Assembly: GCA_943787795.1 (NCBI GenBank)
Contig: CALSNU010000006.1
Location: forward strand, 384,001 to 448,000
DNA length: 64,000 bases
Source: an uncultured bacterium
GTDB lineage: Bacteria > Planctomycetota > UBA1135 > GCA-002686595
Direction: 5' to 3'
In this document: in pieces, positions 19,682-29,628 of the stretch
Position numbering within the stretch: position 1 is the first letter of the stretch
How the letters are laid out: each line of letters opens with the position of its first letter
Position numbers and translations under genes: made by a program
Notes under the pieces: model-generated
What the model was told of the DNA's origin: nothing
Seen by the model: only the letters and a program-made list of their open reading frames with translations
Databases searched by the model: none

Positions 19682-20283
19682 TGGGCTCGGGGGCAGGGGA
19701 GCACACCTCCACTGGGGACGCCAGGGCAGAAGCCGCGGTGGAGCTCGACCGCGCGCGCGCTTGCCTGCGCGGCGCCGCGGACGAAGCTCTCACCGAGCTC
19801 CAACGCGGCTTCCGCGATCAGATCGACGGATTCCTCGCCGAGCACGGGCCCCTGGCCCTGACCCGGCGCTGCCTCCCGGGTCACCTGACGGCCTCGTGTC
19901 TGCTCTGGAGCCACGATGGCGCGCGGGTCCTGCTCCACCACCACCGCAAGCTCGGGCTCTGGCTCCAGTTCGGCGGCCACTGTGACGGCGAGGGCGACAC
20001 CCGGGAGGTCGCGCTGCGAGAGACCGTGGAGGAGAGCGGCATCACGCCAAGCTCGCTCAGCGAGGCGCCCGTGGACTTCGACGTCCACACCATCCCCGCT
20101 CGCCCGGGAGAACCGGAGCACCTGCACCTGGACGTACGCTACCTGGCGGTCGCCCCCGACGGAGCCCGTGCGGCCATCTCCGAGGAGTCCCTGGCTCTGG
20201 CCTGGCTGACGCCTGCCGAAGCCCTGGAGCGCGGCCTGGACGTCTCGCTGCGGCGGATGATCCTGCTCGGCCCACCCCGCTGA
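19681..20283 (+). CDS. NUDIX hydrolase
   Basis: GHLTAS, HHRKLGLWLQFGGHCDG, ALRETVEESG and HLHLDVRY; TGATG coupling to ettA. Confidence 0.85.
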   Translation: MGSGAGEHTSTGDARAEAAVELDRARACLRGAADEALTELQRGFRDQIDGFLAEHGPLALTRRCLPGHLTASCLLWSHDGARVLLHHHRKLGLWLQFGGHCDGEGDTREVALRETVEESGITPSSLSEAPVDFDVHTIPARPGEPEHLHLDVRYLAVAPDGARAAISEESLALAWLTPAEALERGLDVSLRRMILLGPPR

Positions 20284-20551
20284 TCCATCCGGCGCCCCTC
20301 GATGGGTCACGCTGATCGGGCCCCTTGGCGCAGCGAGCGCAGGCCGGAAAAGGTTTCAGCCGCCAAAACCGCCTCTCCATTTGCCCGGCGGGCATTCGTG
20401 CATAGCCTGTGCCCAAGGCTGTCGTACCCGCGCGGGGTGGCTTCCGCCGGGAGCGCAGCTCCGCACGAGGACGGACTGCCCGGGGCAGCCCGGCAAGAGA
20501 CCAGGCCGATGAGCCGCGCCCGTCGCCGACCACCGAACTCAACGAGAAGGC

Positions 20552-21001
20552 ATGTTCAGCTCGCAAGGAACCGCAAGGCTCTCACCGCTCGTCCTCTTCG
20601 CCACCGCACTCGCCGTGGTGGCCTTCATCGTCATTCAAGGCGCTGGAGGCCCGGCAGAGGCCGCTGCCAGCTACGAGGCTCGCGCCTCGAACTCGATCTC
20701 GGGCCTCACGGACGTGAGTCAGCTCTCCAACCCCATGGCCGTGCGCTATGACGCGGTGATGGACGCGACCGAGGAGCGCGTCCGCATCCGCAAGGAGAAG
20801 ATCGACCCCACGTCGCCCCTGGGCGAGATCCTCGAGAGCGCCGCCCACCGCCGGGTCAGCGCCGCGAGCCGCGTCATCATGCGGCGAGACGGCCACTGCA
20901 GCGCCTGGAAGAAGATCAAGCGCAAGGACGGCCGCGCCGTCCCCGACCTGACCGCCGACGTCGTCGCCCAGCTCGGCGCCGTCACGCCTGACCCGGAGTG
21001 A
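20552..21001 (+). CDS. Hypothetical exported/membrane-anchored protein
   Basis: N-terminal hydrophobic segment; host-like GC3-rich codons; C-terminal PDLTADVVAQL loosely resembles OmpH/Skp. Confidence 0.65.
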   Translation: MFSSQGTARLSPLVLFATALAVVAFIVIQGAGGPAEAAASYEARASNSISGLTDVSQLSNPMAVRYDAVMDATEERVRIRKEKIDPTSPLGEILESAAHRRVSAASRVIMRRDGHCSAWKKIKRKDGRAVPDLTADVVAQLGAVTPDPE

Positions 21002-21312
21002 CCTCCGCGCCCCATGGGGGCCCGAGGTGGGGAGGTGAGCCCAGCGCGCCAGCGCCGCCCTCCGGAGCCGACCGACGGCACGGAGCCGTGCGCGCTCCCG
21101 GAGGGGCGCTGATCAGGGCGCCGGCCAAGATGGGCTCCCACGGCGTACCCCGAAGCTGCTCATGACCGCGGACGCTCATGCTACGCGCTCCCGCAGCTGA
21201 TTCCGTCCGCGCCAAGTCGACGCCACGCGTACGCCACGGCACCCTCTCCTTGTCCCTCTCTCCATCTCCCTGCCTCCCCTAACTTCCTCGACCACCTCGC
21301 GGTGGCCTCCCT

Positions 21313-22443
21313 ATGAAGAAGATCGTCTTCAGCTCCTGCGCCCTCACCCTCACCCTTGGAACCGCGGTCGCCAACAACAGCGACTGGGACCAGCTCGACC
21401 GTGACGTCCAGGCTCTCTCCGCCAACCTCCAGGACATGGAGGAGGGCGGTATGACCACCGGCGGCCGAGTCCGTGCGTTCTATGCGTCCTCCAGCGACCT
21501 CGCCGTCAATACCGCCACCGGCGTCAATGACCTCGGCGGCTTCCAGCTCTACAACGCTCGCCTGTTCGCCACTGGGACCACCGCCGCGGGGGTCGGCTAC
21601 CGCCTCGACAACGACTTCGCGACGGGCAACCTCCTGGACGCCTACATCGACGTTGGACTCGCCGGCCCCATCGACATCCGTATGGGGCAGTTCCGTGGCT
21701 TCGTCCTCTCGGAGAGCCAGATCGACTCCGGCGACCTCTTCTTTGCCGACCGCTCTGTCAACGCAGCATCCTTCGCTGGCCGCCAACAGGGACTCGCCCT
21801 CACCGGCGACATGGACGCCTTCAACTGGGCGATCACGATCCAGGACGGTAGCGACGGCGCGTCCACGCTGGGCGCCACGGACGGGGACGGTGACGACCTC
21901 TTCTTCGCGCTCCACGCTGGAATGGACCTCATGGGCGAAGGCTCGAGCATGATCGAGGGCGCCTATGGCGCGGGCGACGAGATGAGCGCCTCCGCGGGGA
22001 TCTCCTTCTACGACGACGGCGGCGCCGCTGACGGCGGCGGCTTCGCGATCGAAGCCAGCGCCAAGTCCAGCCAGTTCAGCCTTACGGCCAACCTGGTTTC
22101 CCGTGACGCGAGCGGCGTCGGCTCGAACTTCGACACCAACGAGTCCCACATCATGCTCACCAGGGGCGAGTACTCCGCCGCTGCAGTCGAAGGTGACAAC
22201 AGCCCCTGGTCGATCATGGCCACCTTCGCGCTCAACGAGCAGGTCGAGGTCGGCCTTCGCTATCAGGACCTCGACGACACGGAGAGCACCGACGTCATTG
22301 ACCTGGGCGTCAACTACTACGTCGACGGCCATGCCATGAAGTACATCTTCAACTGGACCTCCGTGGGCCAAGACTTCGGCGGCGGCTCCTTTGGTGCAGG
22401 TGACACCGACCTCATTCGAATCGGCGTCAACGCGGCGTTCTGA
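21313..22443 (+). CDS. Outer-membrane porin-like beta-barrel (OprO/P-like)
   Basis: Signal peptide; LLDAYID, RMGQF and LGVNYYVDGH; C-terminal Phe. Confidence 0.75.
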   Translation: MKKIVFSSCALTLTLGTAVANNSDWDQLDRDVQALSANLQDMEEGGMTTGGRVRAFYASSSDLAVNTATGVNDLGGFQLYNARLFATGTTAAGVGYRLDNDFATGNLLDAYIDVGLAGPIDIRMGQFRGFVLSESQIDSGDLFFADRSVNAASFAGRQQGLALTGDMDAFNWAITIQDGSDGASTLGATDGDGDDLFFALHAGMDLMGEGSSMIEGAYGAGDEMSASAGISFYDDGGAADGGGFAIEASAKSSQFSLTANLVSRDASGVGSNFDTNESHIMLTRGEYSAAAVEGDNSPWSIMATFALNEQVEVGLRYQDLDDTESTDVIDLGVNYYVDGHAMKYIFNWTSVGQDFGGGSFGAGDTDLIRIGVNAAF

Positions 22444-22485
22444 TCGACCGGCGCATCATCCGGCGGCGTCACTCACGGAGCCATG

Positions 22486-22520
22486 AAGGGAGCCCCGCGC
22501 ACCATGCGCGGGGCTCCCTT
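22486..22520 (+). terminator. Rho-independent terminator-like hairpin after the porin gene
   Basis: aagggagccccgcgc-accat-gcgcgggctccctt followed by cgtttcctt. Confidence 0.65.
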
Positions 22521-23111
22521 CGTTTCCTTCGCCACGCTGGGGGGCCCCACAACCGCATCGCCGCAGCACAGATGGTGGGCGGCACCCACGACCGGGCTTC
22601 CACTCCGCTTCGGAGTGGATCCGCTCCTCCGCCCTCCGGCCCACCTCTGAACCGAGGCCCGCACAGGGCTCGTTCATCAGCAAAGGTGAGACTCGAGAGG
22701 GCGGCCAGCCAATGCCCTGGGTCAGTTTCAAAACGAGCAAGCTTTCCACGAATGACGCGCAGGCGCTGGAGCCCATGCGAGGAGTCTTGCGACGGGAAAA
22801 TGCCGCCCCCGGCAATCGCAAGCCGGACGGCGCCAAGGCCCGATAGCCGGCCCATGGAGCCGCCGACCACTTCCTTGATTCCTAGCGCAGGTGAGGATTT
22901 CCCGAGCATCCAAGAGGAAAGGGACTTCCTTGGCGCTGCGCAGAACACGCATAGGGTCGTTACTGGCCGCCCGCCACACGCGCGCCGAGAACAGGCAAGC
23001 ACGGACGCAGTCCGTCTTGATGCCCTCTCCCGAGCACGCGATCACTCGAGATGCTCGGAGTGTTGGGGCCCGGCCATTTCTCCATCGCGTTCCATCACTC
23101 GAATTTGCCAT

Positions 23112-25610
23112 ATGCGCCGACCCTGCCACACCGATCTATGGGCGCCCCTTCTGACGGCACTGACCCTCACCAGCACTGCTGCTGCCCACGAACCGGCCAA
23201 GTTCCATCGACTCCCCGACGCCTCTCGAGCGCCCATTCACGCCGGGACCTTCCATGTCGCGAGCGGGCAATTCCAACGTGCCACCGCGGCTGGTGCGGCC
23301 ACCGACGGCCCAGCCGGCGCCGAGACGATTTACCGCAACAACTTCTACGGAGCGGTCTTCCTCGACATCAACGGAAGCCACCTGATCGTCGACGAGGGGC
23401 GCCTCCCCAGCACCAGCTCCCCCAGCCACTCCCTGCCCTACCCGAGCGTCCAGGGCAGCAGTGACAGCTACCAGATCAACAACATCCAGCTCGGGTACGC
23501 AACGGACTCCGCCGGAGATGGGACGGCCCAACTGACCCTCTACGAGCAGTACCGTCCCTGCGCCAATCCGGTCGGGAACCTGACGCCAATTCTCGACCTG
23601 ACGATCGTCGGGCTGCCTGGCGCCGCCACCCCCGGAGAGCTCACGCCCTACACCTTCGATATCGACTTCGCTGGCTTCGAGTTTTGCGTTCGGGCCGATG
23701 GGGACGGCACCTTCGATGGCGACGCCCTTGACTTCTTCGGCTGGGGTCTCGAGATGAGCGCCGACAGCGGTTCGATGATCGGTCCACTCGTCGGCGCCCG
23801 GCCTGGGCCCCTCGCGCCCACCGGTGAGGGCACTAGCTTCAGCAACCCCTCCAACGCCACCGCCTCAGGCCTCTACTCCATCGACCAGGCCTACGAGGTC
23901 AACCTTGCGAACGGCACTAGCCAGTGCTTCAACGAGGGCGGATACGACGAGACGGACAACAATCCGTCCTTCGTCTCCTTTTGGCTGGTCCTCGGGGCCA
24001 ACCTCGGCTTCTCCTGCGTCAGCTGCGTGGAGGGAATCGACGACGAGTACGAGGACAATGACACCTGCGCCACGGCCGTTCCGGTGCCCTCCAACCTCAC
24101 CACCGGCAACCTGGTTGTGCGCAAGCCCGGGGTCGACGAGGACTACTACCGGGTCACCATCGCCCCGAACTCGACGCTCACGGCCACCATCGTCTTCAAC
24201 CAGTTCCAGGCTGACATTGACCTGTGGCTCATCGACGGCACCTGCACCTTCCTGCTCGATGCTTCGGAGTCGACGGCCGGCGTGGAGACCGTGCAGTTCA
24301 ACAACACGTCCGCCAATCCGCTGGACGTCATCGTCAACCCGTTCGTATACGGACAGAGCGTCGGGGAGTGCGGTGACTACACCATGATCCTGGACAACAC
24401 GCCGCCCAGCACGATCATCGAGGTGGCGCAGGCGGAATCGCTCGTGGTGGGCGCCCTGACCGGGAACTACCTCCAGACCCACGCCGACGACAACCTCTAC
24501 GAGGTGCTCACGGAGGTCGAGAGCGGCGGCAAGCCGGTCAACCGGCGCAGCCGGGCCGAGCACCTCTGGCTCTTCCAGCTCCCGTCCGGCAACAGCCTCA
24601 ACTTCACCGGTCGGGCCTACCAGGGCCCCTCCGTCGACGGAGACAACTGGCGACTGGAGTACTCCCTCGACCAGCAGAGCTGGACCACCCTCTTCGTGGT
24701 CACTAGCACGCTCTCGGACGCGTCTCCGGTGACTGTCCCCCTCCCCGCCTCCATCGCTGGCCCCGTCTATGTGCGAATCCGCGACACGGACCGCGCCCAG
24801 GGGAACCGCGCGCTGGACTCGGTCTTCATCGACTACCTCGCCTTCGAGATCATGGGGACGGGCGGCGGCACGCCGCCTGGCGCCCCGACGAACCTCGCGG
24901 CCGTGGCCAGCTCCAGCAGCGAGACCGACCTCTCCTGGACCGACGGATCCAGCGATGAGGACCAGTTCGAGCTCGAGCGGAGCCTCGACGGGATCGGGTG
25001 GTCCAGCGTGAGCAACACCATCCCCGCCAACTCCACGGCCTTCGCCGACGCGGGGCTCAACCCCGACACGGAGTACTTCTACCGGGTCCGGGCCTCCAAC
25101 GCCTTCGGCGACTCCGACTGGTCCAACGTGGCCAGCGCGACCACCCTTGGACTTGGCGGGAACGACGTCGTGCCCTTCGGGGAGATCATCGGCCAGGGCA
25201 ACCTGGTGGGGACCTTCGTCAACGTGACCGCCGCGAATGGCGTCGTGCAGTCCCTGACCGAACGCCAGAGCGGGGGCAAGCCGGCCAACAGGTACAGCTT
25301 CGCCTCCCACACCTGGCGCATCAACGCCCCCGCCGGCTCGGTCGAGCTCCACCTGAAGGCGTCCATGATCGACGTGGGCGACGGTGAGTCCTTCGAGTTC
25401 GACGTGAGCCTCGACGGCGGAGCCAGCTGGCTTCCGCCCGCGGTGACCGTCACCCCGAGCACCAGCGGCGCCAGCTACCAGATCGCGCCGGTCACCACCG
25501 GCTTCGGCGGCGGAGAGGTACGGGTGCGCGTGCGCGATACGGACCAGACCCCCGGCAACCGGGCCCTTGAGGAGGTCCTGGTGGACCACCTCTTCCTCCG
25601 GGTGATGTGA
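23112..25610 (+). CDS. Secreted multidomain protein: unknown N-terminal domain + PPC-like domain + X-FN3-X cassette
   Basis: Signal peptide ending STAAA; DDEYEDNDTC, DEDYY and DIDLWL (PPC-like); FN3 LSWTD...YFYRVRA; two SGGKP-NR domains. Confidence 0.8.
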   Translation: MRRPCHTDLWAPLLTALTLTSTAAAHEPAKFHRLPDASRAPIHAGTFHVASGQFQRATAAGAATDGPAGAETIYRNNFYGAVFLDINGSHLIVDEGRLPSTSSPSHSLPYPSVQGSSDSYQINNIQLGYATDSAGDGTAQLTLYEQYRPCANPVGNLTPILDLTIVGLPGAATPGELTPYTFDIDFAGFEFCVRADGDGTFDGDALDFFGWGLEMSADSGSMIGPLVGARPGPLAPTGEGTSFSNPSNATASGLYSIDQAYEVNLANGTSQCFNEGGYDETDNNPSFVSFWLVLGANLGFSCVSCVEGIDDEYEDNDTCATAVPVPSNLTTGNLVVRKPGVDEDYYRVTIAPNSTLTATIVFNQFQADIDLWLIDGTCTFLLDASESTAGVETVQFNNTSANPLDVIVNPFVYGQSVGECGDYTMILDNTPPSTIIEVAQAESLVVGALTGNYLQTHADDNLYEVLTEVESGGKPVNRRSRAEHLWLFQLPSGNSLNFTGRAYQGPSVDGDNWRLEYSLDQQSWTTLFVVTSTLSDASPVTVPLPASIAGPVYVRIRDTDRAQGNRALDSVFIDYLAFEIMGTGGGTPPGAPTNLAAVASSSSETDLSWTDGSSDEDQFELERSLDGIGWSSVSNTIPANSTAFADAGLNPDTEYFYRVRASNAFGDSDWSNVASATTLGLGGNDVVPFGEIIGQGNLVGTFVNVTAANGVVQSLTERQSGGKPANRYSFASHTWRINAPAGSVELHLKASMIDVGDGESFEFDVSLDGGASWLPPAVTVTPSTSGASYQIAPVTTGFGGGEVRVRVRDTDQTPGNRALEEVLVDHLFLRVM

Positions 25611-25904
25611 CCGGGCGCTGGCCGAGTGCGGCCGCCAGAGGGTGACGCCTCATCGCCCCGGCCCCGGGGTGGCGAGGCGTCATCCCGTTCCATGCCCTCC
25701 CTCCAGCCCCCCCAGGCTGGCCGGTCGGCCTTCGGTCAAGATCCACGAGCTCGGCGGGCCGAACAGCCATGTCCATCGGATCAGCCAGCCCGAGGGCCTC
25801 TTCGGGTCGGCGCTCGGGGAGGCGCAGGGCCCCCGCGCCATTGCGGCGCTCCCGCAGAGCGCGCGCGGCCCCTGGCCGGGCGCCAGGTGGCGCCACCGTC
25901 TCGG

Positions 25905-26003
25905 TCAACGGCTCGGCACGAGGTCCAGCTGGACCGGTCGGTGGTCGGAGATCAGCGGTTCGTCGAGCACCCGCACGCGGGCATCGGCTCCCTGAGGCGC
26001 GAC
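25905..26003 (-). pseudogene. 3'-terminal remnant of an endonuclease/exonuclease/phosphatase (EEP) gene
   Basis: Encodes VAPQGADARVRVLDEPLISDHRPVQLDLVPSR*, homologous to the C-terminus of 28479..29297; 18 consecutive identical residues. Confidence 0.8.
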
Positions 26004-26009
26004 CGAGCC

Positions 26010-26504
26010 TCAGCCCCCGTGGTCCTGCACCGTCAAGAGAAGGCGCAGGTCCAACTCCAACCGGTGGTACTCCGGCTCCATGTGCGTGCACAGTCGATAG
26101 AAGTCCCGCGAGTGATCCGCGTGCTTCGTGTGCGCGAGCTCATGCACCACGATCATGCGCAGGAACTCGGGCGCCACCTCCCTGAACAGCCCCGCGACGC
26201 GGAGCTCCCTGCGCTTGTGGACCCGGCGCCCGTGGGTACGCGTGACCGTCGTGTGCAGCCCGAGCGCGTTCTCGACCACCTGGAGTCGGTCGTCATAGAG
26301 GACCTTGCCCAGGGGCGGTGCGGTCCGCAGGTGGCGAGCCTTCAGCTCCTGCACGTAGTCGTGCAGGTCCCTGTTGGAGCGAATGTCATGCCTCCCGGGA
26401 TACCGCGACGCCAGGAGGGGTCCCAGCTCCCCCGCCTCGAGGAGCGCCCCGGCCTGCCCCTGAAGCTCGGGCGGGTATCCGGAGAGGTAGGGCAGAGGTT
26501 TCAT
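26010..26504 (-). CDS. ygjP: YgjP-like metallopeptidase-fold protein (DUF45/M48-like)
   Basis: YLSGYP, NALGLHT, FLRMIVVHELAH and FYRLCTHMEPEYH closely follow E. coli YgjP as I recall it. Confidence 0.8.
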   Translation of the reverse strand: MKPLPYLSGYPPELQGQAGALLEAGELGPLLASRYPGRHDIRSNRDLHDYVQELKARHLRTAPPLGKVLYDDRLQVVENALGLHTTVTRTHGRRVHKRRELRVAGLFREVAPEFLRMIVVHELAHTKHADHSRDFYRLCTHMEPEYHRLELDLRLLLTVQDHGG

Positions 26505-26576
26505 ATGGGTACCCGCGCAGGCGGAGCCTACATACCGTGCCGTGCCGACCCCCTTCCGAGTAGCCTTGCGATCCCT

Positions 26577-26834
26577 ATGGAGATCAAGAACACCACCACC
26601 GCCCCCGTCCGCGTCCCGCTCCCTGCCGGCAAGCGCCTCTTTCTCAGCCCAGGCGGGAAGGCCAAGATCGCCAACAAGGCCACCGAGCACCCCCCGGTCA
26701 AGGCCCTGATCGAAGCTGGGACCCTCGAGCTCCTCGATGGCGGCAAGTCGAAGAAGGGGGCCAGCGCCAAGGGTGGCGTGGGCCCGAGCCAGGACCACTC
26801 CGGCGGCGGCGTGCGCCACACCGGCGACCGGTAG
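26577..26834 (+). CDS. Small basic hypothetical protein (85 aa)
   Basis: MEIKNTTTAPVRVPLPAGKRLFL...RHTGDR; strongly GC3-biased host-like codons; divergent from ygjP. Confidence 0.7.
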   Translation: MEIKNTTTAPVRVPLPAGKRLFLSPGGKAKIANKATEHPPVKALIEAGTLELLDGGKSKKGASAKGGVGPSQDHSGGGVRHTGDR

Positions 26835-26861
26835 ACGAAGAGCTGCCCTGCTGGGAGCCTG

Positions 26862-26925
26862 CCTGTCCGTCGAGGCCCCTGTCCGTCGAGGACCCTGTCC
26901 GCCAAGGCCCCTGTCCGCCGAGGCC
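26862..26925. repeat. 16-bp tandem repeat, 4 copies, intergenic
   Basis: cctgtccgtcgaggcc cctgtccgtcgaggac cctgtccgccaaggcc cctgtccgccgaggcc. Confidence 0.9.
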
Positions 26926-27166
26926 GCGCCCCTGCCCCCGACCGAGCGGTCTCGGCGCCGTCCCCACGGGCGTGATCGAGGTCTCGGACGAGCAGGCGCT
27001 CAGCGTCGCCGCTGCGATCTGGCCATCGATCGATCCACCCTGTTACGTTGCGACTCTGATGCCCGCAGGAGCGCGCCCCGTCCTCCCTCAAGTTCCCACC
27101 TCGAGCCAACCGCTCATCCTCCGCCGCCCGCAGCACAGGGCGTCTGGCCCCCTTCCCGCCCACGCC

Positions 27167-28393
27167 ATGGTCCTCCTCGCGAGCCTCCTCCTCCCGATCC
27201 TCACGCCCGCGCTTCCTATCTCCGAGGGCGACGGCGAGACCTGGCCCCAGTGGGACGGCCCGACCCGCAGCGGCATCTCCACCGAGACCGCATGGACCTC
27301 GGAGGGCAAGGCTGAAGACCTCTGGCGGGTCGAGCTTGGCCTCGGATACTCGACGGTCAGCGTCGCCGAGGGGCGGCTCTTCACCATGGGGTACGACAAG
27401 GAGAGCGGCCTCGATTCGGTCTGGTGCCTTGACCCCTTGACCGGTGAGACCCTCTGGCAACACAGCTACCCGAGCAAGATCTGGGACCGCGCGCACGAGG
27501 GCGGGACGGTCAACACGCCATCTGTCGACGGGCCGGTGGTCTTCTCGCTCAACCGGGAGGGCAACCTCTTCTGCCTGAAGGCCGAGAGCGGCGAGGTGGT
27601 CTGGCACAACTTCCTGATGGCAGAGGGCAACGAGCACGACCTCGAGTATCCGACCTGGGGCTTCAGCGGGTCGCCGCTCCTCGTGGGCGACGCCATGTTC
27701 CTCAACTGCGGCCGCATCATGTCGATCGACAGGAAGACCGGCGACGTCCTCTGGATCTCGAAGGACTACGGCCACGGCTACGGCACCCCGATCGCGTACG
27801 AGCTCGATGGGAAGGGCGTCATCGCAGCCCTCAACGGCACCCGCCTGTGCATCGTCAGCCAGGAGGACGGCGCCGAGATCGCGTCGTACGAGTTCAACGG
27901 CAAGCAGCGCGGCATCAACGCCGCGACGCCGGTGAAGATCGACGACACGCTGTTCGTCTCCTCCGGAACGCTCCCCGCCGGCGCACGCTTCGCCCTCGAG
28001 GAGGGCGAGCTGGTGCCCGTCTGGCAGAACCGCGAGATGGTCAACTCGTTCTCGGGCTGCGTGAGGGTCGGGGAGCACCTGTTTGGATTCGACAAGCAGA
28101 TTCTCAAGTGCATCGACTTCAAAGGCGAGCCCGCCTGGGCCGAGCGGGGCATCGGCAATGGAGCGGTGCTCGCTGCCGGGGAGCGACTGCTCGTCATGGG
28201 CGGCACCGGGGAGCTGATCATCGCCAAGGCAACGCCCGATAAGTACGAGGAGCTCTCCCGCGCCCCGCTGTTTGACGCGGGCCGCTACTGGACCAAGCCG
28301 ATCCTCGTGAACGGCATCGTCTACTGCCGGAGCAGCAAGGGAGAACTGGTCGCACGAGACCACCGAGAGTCGGCTCCCAGCCCCCCCCGCTAA
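27167..28393 (+). CDS. PQQ-binding-like (BamB-type) beta-propeller protein
   Basis: Signal peptide; WPQWDGP, GYSTVSV, repeated tGe-lW blades, WGFSGSP and WTKPILVNGIVYCR. Confidence 0.85.
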   Translation: MVLLASLLLPILTPALPISEGDGETWPQWDGPTRSGISTETAWTSEGKAEDLWRVELGLGYSTVSVAEGRLFTMGYDKESGLDSVWCLDPLTGETLWQHSYPSKIWDRAHEGGTVNTPSVDGPVVFSLNREGNLFCLKAESGEVVWHNFLMAEGNEHDLEYPTWGFSGSPLLVGDAMFLNCGRIMSIDRKTGDVLWISKDYGHGYGTPIAYELDGKGVIAALNGTRLCIVSQEDGAEIASYEFNGKQRGINAATPVKIDDTLFVSSGTLPAGARFALEEGELVPVWQNREMVNSFSGCVRVGEHLFGFDKQILKCIDFKGEPAWAERGIGNGAVLAAGERLLVMGGTGELIIAKATPDKYEELSRAPLFDAGRYWTKPILVNGIVYCRSSKGELVARDHRESAPSPPR

Positions 28394-28478
28394 CGGAAGG
28401 CTCCCAGGAGAGCTAGCCTCCTCGAGGCCGGCCGCCCCCCCCGCCTCCGACGGACCCACCCGGCCGGTCTCGCCGGTC

Positions 28479-29297
28479 CTATTCGTCCAGCACCAGGTCC
28501 AGCTGCACGGGCCGGTGATCGGAGATCAGGGGCTCGTCCAGGACCGACACCTGGGCGCCGGGGAAGGCGCCCACCGGGGCGATGAGGAAGTGGTCGATGG
28601 TCCGGTCCGGGGCGTCGGCGGGGAAGGTCGGTGCGGCGGGGCCCACGCGGCCGAAGGCGCTCCAGCCCTGGAGGAGCGCGAGGGTGCGGCTCTCCGGGAC
28701 GTCGTTCAGGTCGCCGCCCAGGATCACCGGACCAGGCGCCTCCGGGCCCTCCTCGCCCTCGACGATCAGCGCCTCCAGCAACGCCCGCGCCTGGGCCACG
28801 CGGCGCTCGTCGTCCGCCAGCCAGTCCAGGTGAGCGTTGGCCACGCGCAAGGGCGCGCCGTCGACCTCGAGCGTCACGACCAGGGCCGAGCGCGGCTCAC
28901 GCGTGCCGGCAGGGAGCTTGATCACCTCGGCCTCCATCACCCGCGGCGCTGCGAGGATCGCGAGCCCATAGCGTCCCCCCTGGAAGTCCATGAAGGGCGC
29001 GAAGTGAGCGGTCATCCCCAGGCGTTCTCCGAGCACCGTCGCCTGATCCACCCCACCCGACCGTGATGCGTGTTCATCCACCTCCTGGAGCAGCACAACG
29101 TCCGCGCCGGTGGCCTCCAGATAGTCCCCCACCCGCTCGAGGTCCAGGGCGCCGTCCATGCCGAGGCCGTGCTTGATGTTGTAGGACACCAGGCGAAGGG
29201 AGGCCGGAGGCGCCGGCGCAGGAGCCGGCCTAGAATCCGGCGCAGAACCCGGCGCCAAGCAGCTCGCCAGGAGGAGCATGGGGAGGAGGATTCTCAT
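28479..29297 (-). CDS. Endonuclease/exonuclease/phosphatase-family lipoprotein
   Basis: LASC lipobox; SYNIKHG, LLQEVD, GGDLN, IDH and SDHRPV. Confidence 0.9.
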   Translation of the reverse strand: MRILLPMLLLASCLAPGSAPDSRPAPAPAPPASLRLVSYNIKHGLGMDGALDLERVGDYLEATGADVVLLQEVDEHASRSGGVDQATVLGERLGMTAHFAPFMDFQGGRYGLAILAAPRVMEAEVIKLPAGTREPRSALVVTLEVDGAPLRVANAHLDWLADDERRVAQARALLEALIVEGEEGPEAPGPVILGGDLNDVPESRTLALLQGWSAFGRVGPAAPTFPADAPDRTIDHFLIAPVGAFPGAQVSVLDEPLISDHRPVQLDLVLDE

Positions 29298-29351
29298 GGC
29301 CCCATCGTGCCCCGGCGATCGGGCCAGAGTCCAGCGCCGCGCCCTCCTTCG

Positions 29352-29402
29352 GCGCCGGGCCACTTGCCGCGCCGGGCCACTTGCCGCGCCGGGCCACTCG
29401 AC
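29352..29402. repeat. 17-bp tandem repeat, 3 copies, upstream of the EEP gene
   Basis: gcgccgggccacttgcc x2 followed by gcgccgggccactcgac. Confidence 0.9.
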
Positions 29403-29628
29403 GCGCCTTGCAGCCAGGCGCCGTGCCACATCTCCAGCCGCGCGTGACCTCCGGGTCACAGGAGCGGCCAGGGCGCAGCCGGCCATCACCATGCGGTCCG
29501 TTGCGCCCAGCTCCACGGACGCATCAGGTGTCCTACCCCAGCGACCGGGAGCGCGAGCCGCCAGCGCCCGACAGACTTCGTCGCTTCATCTCCCTTGGGG
29601 GCGTGGGAGCCAAAACGTGGCGCCCCCC

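Noticed and set aside
22599..22619. Hairpin tccactccg-ctt-cggagtgga as an ncRNA or REP element
   Set aside because: Single occurrence noticed, with no supporting structure or family
22572..23111. Long N-terminal extensions in the ORF track (also on 3996..8066, 7036..8607, 32783..37039, 43543..45255)
   Set aside because: Low-complexity Arg/Pro/Ser sequence; downstream starts give proper signal peptides or family N-termini
25905..26012. Readthrough of the ygjP TGA into the in-frame EEP-like tail
   Set aside because: The TGA is at the normal YgjP end and not at a Cys position, with no convincing SECIS; an in-frame junction has a 1-in-3 chance
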